NCBI GenBank assembly: GCA_003163855.1
Contig: PLRJ01000087.1
Coordinates: forward strand, 177,296-241,295
Direction: 5' to 3'
Origin: Bryobacterales bacterium
Lineage (GTDB): Bacteria > Acidobacteriota > Terriglobia > Bryobacterales > Bryobacteraceae
Length of the DNA stretch: 64,000 nucleotides
The notes under the pieces were generated by a model. That model was not told the DNA's origin, ran no database searches, and saw only the letters and a list, made by a program, of their open reading frames with translations. The position numbers were made by a program, and so were the translations under genes. Shown piece after piece: positions 36,181 through 45,180 of the stretch (its first letter is position 1; each line of letters starts with the position of its first letter).

Positions 36181-36831
36181 CTATTTTCGATTCGAGAGAT
36201 CGCGGATCATGATGTCGCGGAACTTCATATTGCCGCGTCCTCCAGCGTGCAACTGCAGGGCTATGGGGCCGTCGAATGACTTAGGCTTCGGATCGGTAAA
36301 ATCGAGCATCTGCACACCGTTCAAACGCGCCCGGTAGCGATTGCCCACCACCTCCAGCAGATATTCGTTCCACTCACCCATGCGCACCACCGTCTCATTC
36401 TCGGGCGCCGGCCAGACCACCCAGCCGCGGCCGTCGCCATAGATGCCGGCCGTGTGTTTGCCGACCGTGCAATCTACTTCGAACTGAAGGCCTTGCGTGA
36501 CGTCGGCCGTGCCGGGCTTGAATACCGTGTGAAAGAAGACGCCGCTGTTACCATCCCCCTCGCAACGGAATTTTAGAGACAGTTGAAAGTCCTGGAATGA
36601 CTTCTCGGTTTGCAGGTAGCCATAATCTTTGGTTACACCTTTACCGTGAATGACGCCATCCTCGACTGTCCAGCTCTCGTTGCCGATCTTTACCCAGCCT
36701 GATAAATCATTACCGTTGAACAAGGACACCCAGTCTTCGCCTGGCAGCTTTGGCTTGTCAGTCTGTGCGTTGGCGAATAACGCCAAGAATGGAAGCGCAA
36801 GCAACAGCTTCAAGTTTGTTTCGAATTTCAT
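36181..36831 (-). CDS. DUF1080 (3-keto-disaccharide hydrolase family, concanavalin-like) exported protein
   Basis: Sec signal. LFNGNDLSGWVKIGNESWTVEDGVIHGKG...YLQTEKSFQDFQLSLKFR...GNSGVFFH...FRDIMIRDL matches the family pattern. Confidence 0.8.
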   Translation of the reverse strand: MKFETNLKLLLALPFLALFANAQTDKPKLPGEDWVSLFNGNDLSGWVKIGNESWTVEDGVIHGKGVTKDYGYLQTEKSFQDFQLSLKFRCEGDGNSGVFFHTVFKPGTADVTQGLQFEVDCTVGKHTAGIYGDGRGWVVWPAPENETVVRMGEWNEYLLEVVGNRYRARLNGVQMLDFTDPKPKSFDGPIALQLHAGGRGNMKFRDIMIRDLSNRK

Positions 36832-36871
36832 TGTTTGAGGTTACTATTGCTATAGCCCACGGACAACCAAT

Positions 36872-39025
36872 TTGAGTTTTAAATTTATCAGTGCCCTTGG
36901 AATCGGTGCTTGCCTTGCAATTGCCGCGGCGAATCTGACTAGCCCTGCTATGTATCGAAATTGGGAAGTTTACGGCGGAAACAACGATTCCGCCCAATAT
37001 TCGGCTTTGCAGCAGGTGAACAAATCAAACGTTAGAAGTCTGAAGATCGCCTGGACCTATCCGACCCAAGACCACAATCGCTATTACTTCAATCCGATAG
37101 TGGTTCATGGCTTGATGTACGTGCTGGCAAAGAACAATTCCATTGTTGCGCTTGATGCCGTCACCGGTAAAGAAATTTGGACGCACGCCACTAACCAGAA
37201 AAGCCATTTAATTACCAATCGCGGAATTAACTATTGGGAGTCTAAAGACGGATCGGACCGGCGCCTGCTCTATGCGCAGGACAATTTCCTGCAAGCCATT
37301 GATGCTCGAACAGGTACCTCCCTTGCCTCGTTCGGAGCGAACGGGCGAGTGGATCTGCGACAAGGCCTGGGCCGCGATGCCCAAGGAATTGTTTTAGTTC
37401 AATCCACCACGCCTGGCCGTGTCTTCGAAAATCTCTTGATTCTTGGTTCGGCGACCAATCAAGAGTACGAGTCCGCGCCTGGAGACATACGCGCTTACAA
37501 CACAGTGAGTGGGGCGCTGGTGTGGACCTTTCATACAATTCCGCATCCTGGAGAATTTGGCTACGACACATGGCCAAAGGATGCCTGGAAGACTATCGGT
37601 GGCGCAAACTCCTGGGGGGAAATGTCGGTGGACGAAAAGCGCGCTATTCTCTACGTTCCCACCGGAAGTCCGAAGTACAACTTTTATGGAGCAGATCGCA
37701 AGGGCGCGAACCTGTTTGGCGATTGTCTGTTGGCGCTCGATGCGCGCACGGGCAAGCGGATCTGGCATTTCCAGATGGTTCATCACGATATCTGGGATTA
37801 CGACGATGCAACGGCGCCCAAGCTACTAACCTTAAACCACGATGGAAAGATGGTTGATGCGGTTGCCATCGCAAGCAAACAGGGCTTTCTGTGGGTATTT
37901 AATCGAGTGACGGGCGAACCTCCTTGGCCGATAGAAGAGCGGCCGGTCCCGAAGTCGGATATGCCAGGGGAAGAAACATCGCCAACGCAACCATTTCCCA
38001 CAAATCCGCCGCCCTTCGCCCGCCAGAAGTTCACAGCCGAGGATGTAAGTCCGTATCTAGAACCTGAAGAACGAGCGCGGATTAAAGACGCGGTAAACAG
38101 CGCGCGGAACGAGGGCTTGTTTACTCCGCCGGGTCTGCGCAACACCATTCAAATGCCTGGGAATAATGGGGGCGCCAATTGGGGTTCTTCCGCGGTTGAT
38201 CCAACCAACGGCACTATGTACGTTGGCTCAAAGGATTTGCCCGCTATGTTGAAACTTGAGCCTGAAATGGAATTACCGGTACCGGCAAGTGGATCTCCGG
38301 AACAGATGGGAATGGCGATTTACCGGGCAAAATGCCAACTGTGTCACCATGCCGACCTCAAGGGCCAACCTCCGACCGTTCCCTCGCTGGTACACCTGAG
38401 TACAAGGCTCAACCAGGAACAGCTTGAGGTTATGGTCACTCATGGAAAGGGTCTGATGCCAGCGTCCCCGGCGTTTTCATCCCAGGACCTGATTCACCTG
38501 GGTGCCTTCCTGTTCAGCAATGCCCCTGCCAGTGTGCAGCCACTCGCGCAAACGGCATCGTCAAAGCCGGTGGCGAGGTATCGCAGCGGCTTCGGATTCA
38601 TGTTGACGTCTACCGGTTTGTCTGCCATTGCGCCTCCTTGGTCGTCGCTCACTGCGTATGACCTTAACAAAGGGACCATCAAATGGAAAGTACCGCTGGG
38701 TGAAGTGCCGCAGTTAGCTGCAAAGGGCATTGTTAACACCGGCGTGCATTATCCGAAGTATGGGCCGGTTGTTACGGCAGGCGGCTTGATTTTTACGGGT
38801 ACGCGCGACCGTAAAGTTCGCGCGTTGGATGAAGAAACGGGAAAAGTCATCTGGGAGACCGAGGTGGGTACCGGAATGGAGGGTATCCCCGCCATCTATG
38901 AGGCAGCGGGGCGTGAGTACATCGTGTTCTGTGCGGCTGCCCAATCCGAAGTTGTTCCGCCAGGCAGCGCCGGGGCGCCGCCCGTAATGAACAATGGCGC
39001 CTACATCGCGTTTGCACTACCGTAA
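36872..39025 (+). CDS. PQQ-dependent dehydrogenase (8-bladed propeller) with an embedded c-type cytochrome domain
   Basis: TTG start and a signal peptide. WEVYGGNNDSAQYSAL and HFQMVHHDIWDYD are quinoprotein motifs. The heme motif is CQLCHH with a downstream ...GKGLMPA. The C-terminal propeller blades resume after the cytochrome insert. Confidence 0.8.
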   Translation: MSFKFISALGIGACLAIAAANLTSPAMYRNWEVYGGNNDSAQYSALQQVNKSNVRSLKIAWTYPTQDHNRYYFNPIVVHGLMYVLAKNNSIVALDAVTGKEIWTHATNQKSHLITNRGINYWESKDGSDRRLLYAQDNFLQAIDARTGTSLASFGANGRVDLRQGLGRDAQGIVLVQSTTPGRVFENLLILGSATNQEYESAPGDIRAYNTVSGALVWTFHTIPHPGEFGYDTWPKDAWKTIGGANSWGEMSVDEKRAILYVPTGSPKYNFYGADRKGANLFGDCLLALDARTGKRIWHFQMVHHDIWDYDDATAPKLLTLNHDGKMVDAVAIASKQGFLWVFNRVTGEPPWPIEERPVPKSDMPGEETSPTQPFPTNPPPFARQKFTAEDVSPYLEPEERARIKDAVNSARNEGLFTPPGLRNTIQMPGNNGGANWGSSAVDPTNGTMYVGSKDLPAMLKLEPEMELPVPASGSPEQMGMAIYRAKCQLCHHADLKGQPPTVPSLVHLSTRLNQEQLEVMVTHGKGLMPASPAFSSQDLIHLGAFLFSNAPASVQPLAQTASSKPVARYRSGFGFMLTSTGLSAIAPPWSSLTAYDLNKGTIKWKVPLGEVPQLAAKGIVNTGVHYPKYGPVVTAGGLIFTGTRDRKVRALDEETGKVIWETEVGTGMEGIPAIYEAAGREYIVFCAAAQSEVVPPGSAGAPPVMNNGAYIAFALP

Positions 39026-39041
39026 ATGAAAGGAAGCAGGA

Positions 39042-40145
39042 ATGAATAAGACAGACAGACGCAATTTTCTCCGAAGTGGCGCAGCAGCGATGCTGGCTGC
39101 CGCAACTCCAACCGGCGGCCACGCACAGCAAGCGACTCCCGAGAGCCTCCAACATGCTGGAGTGAGCCGCCCTCTGACCGATGCCGAGAAAACGGCGCGC
39201 ATCGCTTCGAACAGCTATCCAATCCGCTTCAATTTCAAAACACGGAATGTTGAAAACGCCGAAAAGTCTGCGGAAATGAAGAAAAAGTATGGCGAAATTA
39301 CCATGCTTGATTTTCCCGACTTCACCAAGGAACATTTCCCCGGTGTCATCCGCATGGACGTCTGGAGTTCGCTTTTTGGCGACACCACTGACGACAGCAT
39401 GTACGCGCAAAGAGAGCTTGAAGTACTGGGAAAACGCAGAAGTTACTCGGAGTTTGATCCTTCCTCTCCATCAGGCAGGCGCTGGCTGGAGACGTTTGCC
39501 GGCAAATGCGTCAAGACCGGAACAAAGGTTCACCATATCTCGAACAATGCTCCGCGCGATATATGCGACTTTGATGAAGCGAAGCGCAAAGCGGGCATTC
39601 AAGTGGCGAAAGACTGGTTGGACGGAGCAGCGACGCTCGGTGCTAAATCAATGCGCGTGAACAGTGGAGGTCCGCGCATCTCGCCGTGGCCGGTTGCCGA
39701 TCCCAGTTCCTATCCCAAGAATGGCGAGTTGGCGAAATACCTGACAAATTGTATTGAGTCATTCAAAGTGATGGCCGATTACGGAGGAAAGCTGGGCGTT
39801 AAGGTTACACTTGAAAACCACTGGGGTCTGACAGCGAATCCCATTAATATCAAAATTATTGTCGAGGAGGTGAACCATCCGTTCTGCGAGGCGTCGCCCG
39901 ATTTCTGCAATTGGGAGCACGAATATCTCCTGTTTCATGCGCTAAACGATCTTGCTCCTTATGCCCACACCACCGTGCACGCGAAGTATTGGGACCGCTG
40001 GAAAGACCCTGATGTGCAACGCAATGTGAGGATAATGTTGAACAACGGCTATGAGGGGATTTTCGCTCTGGAGTATGAAGACGGACCCTGGGACGGAGTT
40101 GAGGGCGCCAAGTATCTATATCGGGAGGTGATGGCATCTCTATAG
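39042..40145 (+). CDS. Xylose-isomerase-like TIM-barrel protein with a Tat signal
   Basis: The Tat motif DRRNFLRSGAAAMLAAA. TIM-barrel family pattern (…MRVNSGGP…, …VTLENHWG…, …FCNWEHE…, …HAKYW…, …FALEYED…). Starts 16 nt after the PQQ dehydrogenase gene. Confidence 0.7.
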   Translation: MNKTDRRNFLRSGAAAMLAAATPTGGHAQQATPESLQHAGVSRPLTDAEKTARIASNSYPIRFNFKTRNVENAEKSAEMKKKYGEITMLDFPDFTKEHFPGVIRMDVWSSLFGDTTDDSMYAQRELEVLGKRRSYSEFDPSSPSGRRWLETFAGKCVKTGTKVHHISNNAPRDICDFDEAKRKAGIQVAKDWLDGAATLGAKSMRVNSGGPRISPWPVADPSSYPKNGELAKYLTNCIESFKVMADYGGKLGVKVTLENHWGLTANPINIKIIVEEVNHPFCEASPDFCNWEHEYLLFHALNDLAPYAHTTVHAKYWDRWKDPDVQRNVRIMLNNGYEGIFALEYEDGPWDGVEGAKYLYREVMASL

Positions 40146-40149
40146 GCGA

Positions 40150-41718
40150 TCAATGTGATGGCGCCACAATCTCGGCTTCTTTAGCCACTTCTTCTTTAGC
40201 CGACTGACTTTTCTCCGATATCTGTTGATACTGCGCCATAAGTTCACGAGCCCGATCTGGTTTGCCTGCACTCTGATAAGCGCGCGCTAATTGGTAGTGC
40301 AGGCTGCCATCTTCGTCGATCTCCAAGGCTCGCTCGAAATAGGGAATGGCTTCAGCGGGGTGTCCGGTTTGAGACAGTGCGAAACCAAGCGATGCCTGCG
40401 CCTGCAACAAGTGAGGATCGGCTTTCAGTGCGGTCTCAAGATAGGGGATGGCCTTGTCGGGATGCTCCATCCTCAACAGGCTGTCGCCCAGCATGAAGTT
40501 GGTATGAGGCGCGGCCGTGTCAGATTGCAAAGCAGCCTGGAGCATAGGGATAACGGCGTCGTAATCGCGCGCAAGAAACAGAGTGGTTAGCAATTCATGA
40601 TTCAGACGAGGATCTCCAGGAGCCAGTTTCAAGGCGGCGCGCCACTCGTCCGCAGCTTCTTTGTACTGCTCATGACCCTTTAGAATCTCGGCCTTGATGG
40701 CGTGCAATTCGGGTGAGTCCGGGAGTTCCCCCAAATGCGAGAAAGAGTCTATGGCAAGGGCGTTGAAAGCCTTGGTACGCCAGAATAAAGCCTCCGGTTG
40801 TGAGGCACTCACCTGTGTGGCGTCCAGAAGCTTGCCGCTAGCAAAGTAACACTCGGCCGACTTTGCGATGCAAGGGTGGGCTGAAATCTCCGACTCCTGC
40901 TTGTCTTCGATGAGGGCCCAATCGTCATGACCTGTTTTGCGGTAAAGCTGTGCCAACCCGGCGTGCAAACCTCGCAAATTGAACATTTGGTCGCTCGCGT
41001 GACGGTAGAAGAAAAATGCACTGCGGTACTGATTACGCTGCAGCCGCGATTCTGCGACGAGCGCAGCCCAATAGGGAGAGGTCACTGCTAATTTAGTCAG
41101 TTTCTGGAAAGTGGCATTCGCGGCTGCCTCATAGGCGCTTCCAAGTCCGTACCAGGCTTTAGCGTCAGTGCTGTCAGAGGCTGAGAGTTTACGATATTGG
41201 GCTGCGGCGTCCTCCGGATTCCCTATCGCCATCAAGGCTCCAGCCAGCATGCCACGGGCATTCCGGTTGTCTGGTTGCAAAGTCAGTAATTTGCGGAGTG
41301 GAGCAACGGCCGGTTCTGGTTGCCGGAGTTGCAAGTCAGCCATAGCTAGAGAAGTCAACGCCGGTACGTTGTCAGGTTGAACTTTTAGCACCGACTGAAA
41401 TTCAGGAACCGCCCTATCGGGATGGCCAGCCATCTCTTCAGCCAGTCCGAGATTGAGAACCAGTCCGGGATTGCCAGGCAGCGCTTTTACAAGCTGCCGG
41501 TAAATCGGGATTGCCTCCTCATATCGTCTTGCCGCCATCAATTCCTTGGCGTGGTGCGACTGCTCGGCGAGAGAATTGTCCTGGGCGCGCAATAAAAAAC
41601 CGGCCCCGGCAATCAGTAAAATAACCAATTGCCGGGACCGGCTCAGTTTATGGACGAACGAAACCACTAATACATCATTACCACTGCATTCGGAGGTTGA
41701 AGCGAATGTTACGCTCAC
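40150..41718 (-). CDS. Tetratricopeptide-repeat protein (membrane-anchored or exported)
   Basis: Many TPR units (…AIPIYRQLVKALPGNPGLVLNLGLAEEMAGH…, …AIPYFERALEIDEDG…). The start is ambiguous. ATG 41718 overlaps the upstream receptor gene by 41 nt. GTG 41667 lies 11 nt after that gene's stop and still gives a hydrophobic anchor. Confidence 0.75.
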   Translation of the reverse strand: MSVTFASTSECSGNDVLVVSFVHKLSRSRQLVILLIAGAGFLLRAQDNSLAEQSHHAKELMAARRYEEAIPIYRQLVKALPGNPGLVLNLGLAEEMAGHPDRAVPEFQSVLKVQPDNVPALTSLAMADLQLRQPEPAVAPLRKLLTLQPDNRNARGMLAGALMAIGNPEDAAAQYRKLSASDSTDAKAWYGLGSAYEAAANATFQKLTKLAVTSPYWAALVAESRLQRNQYRSAFFFYRHASDQMFNLRGLHAGLAQLYRKTGHDDWALIEDKQESEISAHPCIAKSAECYFASGKLLDATQVSASQPEALFWRTKAFNALAIDSFSHLGELPDSPELHAIKAEILKGHEQYKEAADEWRAALKLAPGDPRLNHELLTTLFLARDYDAVIPMLQAALQSDTAAPHTNFMLGDSLLRMEHPDKAIPYLETALKADPHLLQAQASLGFALSQTGHPAEAIPYFERALEIDEDGSLHYQLARAYQSAGKPDRARELMAQYQQISEKSQSAKEEVAKEAEIVAPSH

Positions 41719-44700
41719 CGTACGAACTTGTGATCTTCATGAAGGCCGCGTCGTTTACGTTTACGTCAGGCGCGTTGAAGTGAGAGGTGTTAGGCAGGTT
41801 GTAAGCTTCCGCCTTAAACGTCAACTTCAGACGTTCCTTGATTGCGAAGGTCCGGTTAAGGTTGATGTCCGTGTTCCACGTTCCTGGTCCACGAATATAG
41901 TCACGGCCGGTATTACCGAAGACCGCATTCGCAGGGGAAGCGAAGGAAGCAGGGTTGTACCACTGACCATTGGAACCGACCGTTCCGACAAATTGCAGCG
42001 GAGCGATCTGGTTAGCCGTTTGCAAACCACTGCCTCCATCGTTAAGGTTGTCGTTGGCGCCAACTGTCAAAGGTGTGCCCGTGTAGCAGGACATGATTCC
42101 CGCGGTCTGCCAGCCACCCACTATTTTGGCGATAATGCCGGTGTTCAGGAAAGCTCGTCCGGTACCGACGGGAAGATCGTACACCCACGACATCTGTAGG
42201 TTTTGTGTACGGTCGAAGCCGGCGGCGGCTCGGTTGCGTTGAAAGGTGGGAGCGTAGTTATAGCTAACGCTGGCCCAGCCATCATCATCTGTGTAATCGA
42301 TAGCTTTGGAATAGGTGTAAGCGGCCTTAATCAGCAAGCCTTTGGTGAAGCTCTTGTTAGCCGCAACCTGCAGCGAGTTAAAGCTGGAGCTAAGATACCC
42401 ATCCCACATGCTGGTGGCGACGCTACGCCCGAAGGAGGCATAGAACGGGAGACCCGCTACACCACCGCCCGGAGCTTCCGAGTTGATGTTGTTATCGGCC
42501 ATCAAGTGAACCGAGTGTTGACCGACGTAAGCCACCGAAGCGATTACATCGGAGGGTAGTTTCTGTTCGATAGTGAAGTTCCAGGATTGAACGTAACCGC
42601 GATGAAGCGGTCCGTTCCAGGGGCTGCGCTCAGTAACGTTGCCCGGCAAGCTCAGGACACCTGAGTTCAGTTGCGAGGTCAGCAACGCCAAACTCGCGGT
42701 GGCATCCGGAACGCCACCGGCTAGCGTGCCGCCGGAAGGTGTATTCGCCGGAGCGAACGTGGAGGCGTTCGGATAGTTGTAGTTGATGGTAAGCGGATAG
42801 AAGCCGCGCAAAGGACGCGACCAGGCAAGCGGATCGTAGTTCAAACCGTAGCCTGCGCGTAGGACTGTTTTCTCGGTCAGGCGGTAAGCCATACCGATGC
42901 GAGGCGCAAACAGCTTGTGGCTGACCGTCATGTCGACGTCTTCCGGCGTTGTACCACGGCCGCCAAGATAAAGGGTGTTCGTGTAAGGATCAAGAGCCTC
43001 AAGGCCCTTGCCGTCCGACCGTGTCATCAGCGGGAACAGCTCGTAACGAAGGCCGTAATCGATGGTCAACTTACGGCTAACTTGCCAGCGGTCCTTTGCA
43101 TACAGGCCAAATTGCCATTCGCGGCCAGTCATCAGGATGTATTGGTAACCCTTTTGAATATCATCCGAGACGCCCAGCAGGAACTGAGCGTAAGCATTGA
43201 ACTGGCTTGCGGCGGCGCCCCCGTTCAGGGCGGTCACTTGGCCTCCGAAGTTAAAGTAGCCGCGCGCTCCACCGGCGCTCAACTCAGGCTGCCAATGGTT
43301 CAAGTGAATGCGCGCCATGTCGAACCCGAAGCGGAATTCGTGCGCACCTTTGGTCCACGTGACATTGTCATTGTGACTGTAAGTCTCATCGGTGTGGCGT
43401 TCGGGCATCCAGTCGGGGGTGCCAAAAGCCGCATAGGCGCCGATGTTCAAGTTCGGGAAGCCGCTCTGCAGCGGGTCCGCTCCATCAATGCCTGGAATCC
43501 CCAGAGCCGAACTATAGTTTGTGCCATAGCCTTGCGGGTTCACCTCCAGCTTGATGCGCTGATAAGAAACGGTACCGTCTAAAACCACGGTGGGTGAGAA
43601 CGAGTAGGTGTGACCGATTGTTCCCACCTGAACAAAGGTGTGACCTAAACCAGGACCGGCGTTACCGTCCGGATCAGGACCGCCCGCATTACCCAGAATG
43701 CCAGTGCCGCCCGAGGTCGCACGCATAAAGCCATACTTTCCCCAAATGGTGTGCTTGTCATTCCGGTTCCAGTTTATCTTGGTGTCGAAGTAATAACGAT
43801 TCAAGATGGAAGGCGCCACGGCGAAGTAGTTATTCGATGTGCCAGAGACGTTAGGGAGAGGATAGTAATTCTGAGCAAGCAATGCCGCTGTGCTGAGCCG
43901 GTTAGAAGGAATCACATTTCCGGCGAACGGAGTGCGACCGGTTCCATTTGCATTTCCGGTGCTCGGATCGTAGATGATGCTGGGGTATGCGCTGAAGTTA
44001 CCCGCACGTTGATCTGTAGTCGGCAGAGTGTATGTGCCATTTACTACTTGTTTTTGAGCCGTGGCGTCAAGACTTACAAAGTAGAACAGCTTGTTTTTTA
44101 TGATTGGTCCGCCGAGAGTGGCGCCGTAGTTGTTGTATATGCTGTCAGGTTTAGCTGTGCCAGCCTTCAGAAAATAGTTACGCGCGTTGAATTCCTGGTT
44201 GCCGTCAATTTCGAAGGCACTCCCGTGCAATTCGTTAGTTCCGGATTTGGTGATCAAAACAATAGCGGACGAACCAGCCAGACCTTGATCCGCCGAGGCT
44301 GCGCTGGATGTCACGTCTACCGACTCAACGGTTTCCGCGGGAACGTTATAGCCGACGTGGTTCGGGAGCCACGCGTTAATGCTGATGGCGCCGTCAATCC
44401 GGGTTACGTTGGTCTGCGCATTGCCGCCGTTAATATGGGTTGCCAGTGAGCGATCGGGAGCGTCGGTTGTGGAGTTGGCGAAAGCGCCGGGCATGGCGCC
44501 AGGAACAAGATTTACCAGTGTCTGGTAAGTACGATAGCCGCCGAGTGGCATTGACGTGACTTCCTGACCGGTGATCTCGGTTTGTGTGCTGCCTTTATCG
44601 GTTTGCAGCATGAGAGCATCGGCTGTTACGGTGACGGTATCAGCAATTTGCCCGACTTCTAGATGAGAATCGAGTCGCGAGACATTGTTAGCCGTGATGA

Positions 44701-45019
44701 TCAGGCCTGTTTCCTCAGAAGGACGGAATCCCGCGCTGGTTATCTTTACGTTGTAGGTGCCGGGCAGCAAGTTCACCAGATTGAAGCGGCCGCCGGAATC
44801 GGTCTTGTCTTCACGAGTCTGGCCATTTCCTACGCCTGACGCCACCACGGTGGCACCCGGAACAACTGCACCGCTTGGATCGGTAACAGTTCCAACAAGT
44901 GAGCCATACAGAACCTGCGCCTTAACATCTTGCACAGGTAAAAACATGAACAGCAAAGCCGCAAGTGCCGCACAGATGTGCAACTGCAAAGGCAGATCGC
45001 CTTTGTACCTCATAAGCAA
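41678..45019 (-). CDS. TonB-dependent outer-membrane receptor with a carboxypeptidase-regulatory-like N-domain (paralogue of 19653-23171)
   Basis: Signal peptide. GSLVGTVTDPSGAVVPGATVVASGVGNGQTREDKTDSGGRFNLVNLLPGTY, a plug region, and a barrel ending in NIRFNLRMQW. Confidence 0.9.
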   Translation of the reverse strand: MLMRYKGDLPLQLHICAALAALLFMFLPVQDVKAQVLYGSLVGTVTDPSGAVVPGATVVASGVGNGQTREDKTDSGGRFNLVNLLPGTYNVKITSAGFRPSEETGLIITANNVSRLDSHLEVGQIADTVTVTADALMLQTDKGSTQTEITGQEVTSMPLGGYRTYQTLVNLVPGAMPGAFANSTTDAPDRSLATHINGGNAQTNVTRIDGAISINAWLPNHVGYNVPAETVESVDVTSSAASADQGLAGSSAIVLITKSGTNELHGSAFEIDGNQEFNARNYFLKAGTAKPDSIYNNYGATLGGPIIKNKLFYFVSLDATAQKQVVNGTYTLPTTDQRAGNFSAYPSIIYDPSTGNANGTGRTPFAGNVIPSNRLSTAALLAQNYYPLPNVSGTSNNYFAVAPSILNRYYFDTKINWNRNDKHTIWGKYGFMRATSGGTGILGNAGGPDPDGNAGPGLGHTFVQVGTIGHTYSFSPTVVLDGTVSYQRIKLEVNPQGYGTNYSSALGIPGIDGADPLQSGFPNLNIGAYAAFGTPDWMPERHTDETYSHNDNVTWTKGAHEFRFGFDMARIHLNHWQPELSAGGARGYFNFGGQVTALNGGAAASQFNAYAQFLLGVSDDIQKGYQYILMTGREWQFGLYAKDRWQVSRKLTIDYGLRYELFPLMTRSDGKGLEALDPYTNTLYLGGRGTTPEDVDMTVSHKLFAPRIGMAYRLTEKTVLRAGYGLNYDPLAWSRPLRGFYPLTINYNYPNASTFAPANTPSGGTLAGGVPDATASLALLTSQLNSGVLSLPGNVTERSPWNGPLHRGYVQSWNFTIEQKLPSDVIASVAYVGQHSVHLMADNNINSEAPGGGVAGLPFYASFGRSVATSMWDGYLSSSFNSLQVAANKSFTKGLLIKAAYTYSKAIDYTDDDGWASVSYNYAPTFQRNRAAAGFDRTQNLQMSWVYDLPVGTGRAFLNTGIIAKIVGGWQTAGIMSCYTGTPLTVGANDNLNDGGSGLQTANQIAPLQFVGTVGSNGQWYNPASFASPANAVFGNTGRDYIRGPGTWNTDINLNRTFAIKERLKLTFKAEAYNLPNTSHFNAPDVNVNDAAFMKITSSYGERNIRFNLRMQW

Positions 45020-45114
45020 GTCCCCCTCATGCTTTCTAAATTAGGTTGTCTTTATTTGTTTTGAGCAACTGAGCCCAAGGCGCAGACGAACGGAGTACAG
45101 GGCGGTCACTAGTG

Positions 45115-45143
45115 ATAATACCCAGTCCACACTAAAACGACAA
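45115..45143 (-). promoter_or_regulatory. Candidate sigma70-type promoter for the receptor gene (minus strand TTGTCG-17 nt-TATTAT)
   Basis: The minus-strand -35 is the complement of 45138-45143. The -10 is the complement of 45115-45120, with an exact 17-nt spacer. It lies about 95 nt upstream of ATG 45019, which has the SD GAGGGGGA. Confidence 0.35.
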
Positions 45144-45180
45144 GAACCTGCTTGCGATTTCTTAAGTTTTCTTTGTATAC

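Noticed and set aside
41546-44449. Long plus-strand ORFs (41546-42199, 42917-43582, 43751-44449) inside the TonB receptor gene
   Set aside because: These are shadow ORFs antisense to a 1113-aa gene with clear receptor motifs. Their products are Arg/Val/Gly-rich with no domains. The same applies to 34077-34904, 53934-54557, 57812-58387, 16696-17328, 2251-3621, 15925-16428, 9791-10312 and similar entries.
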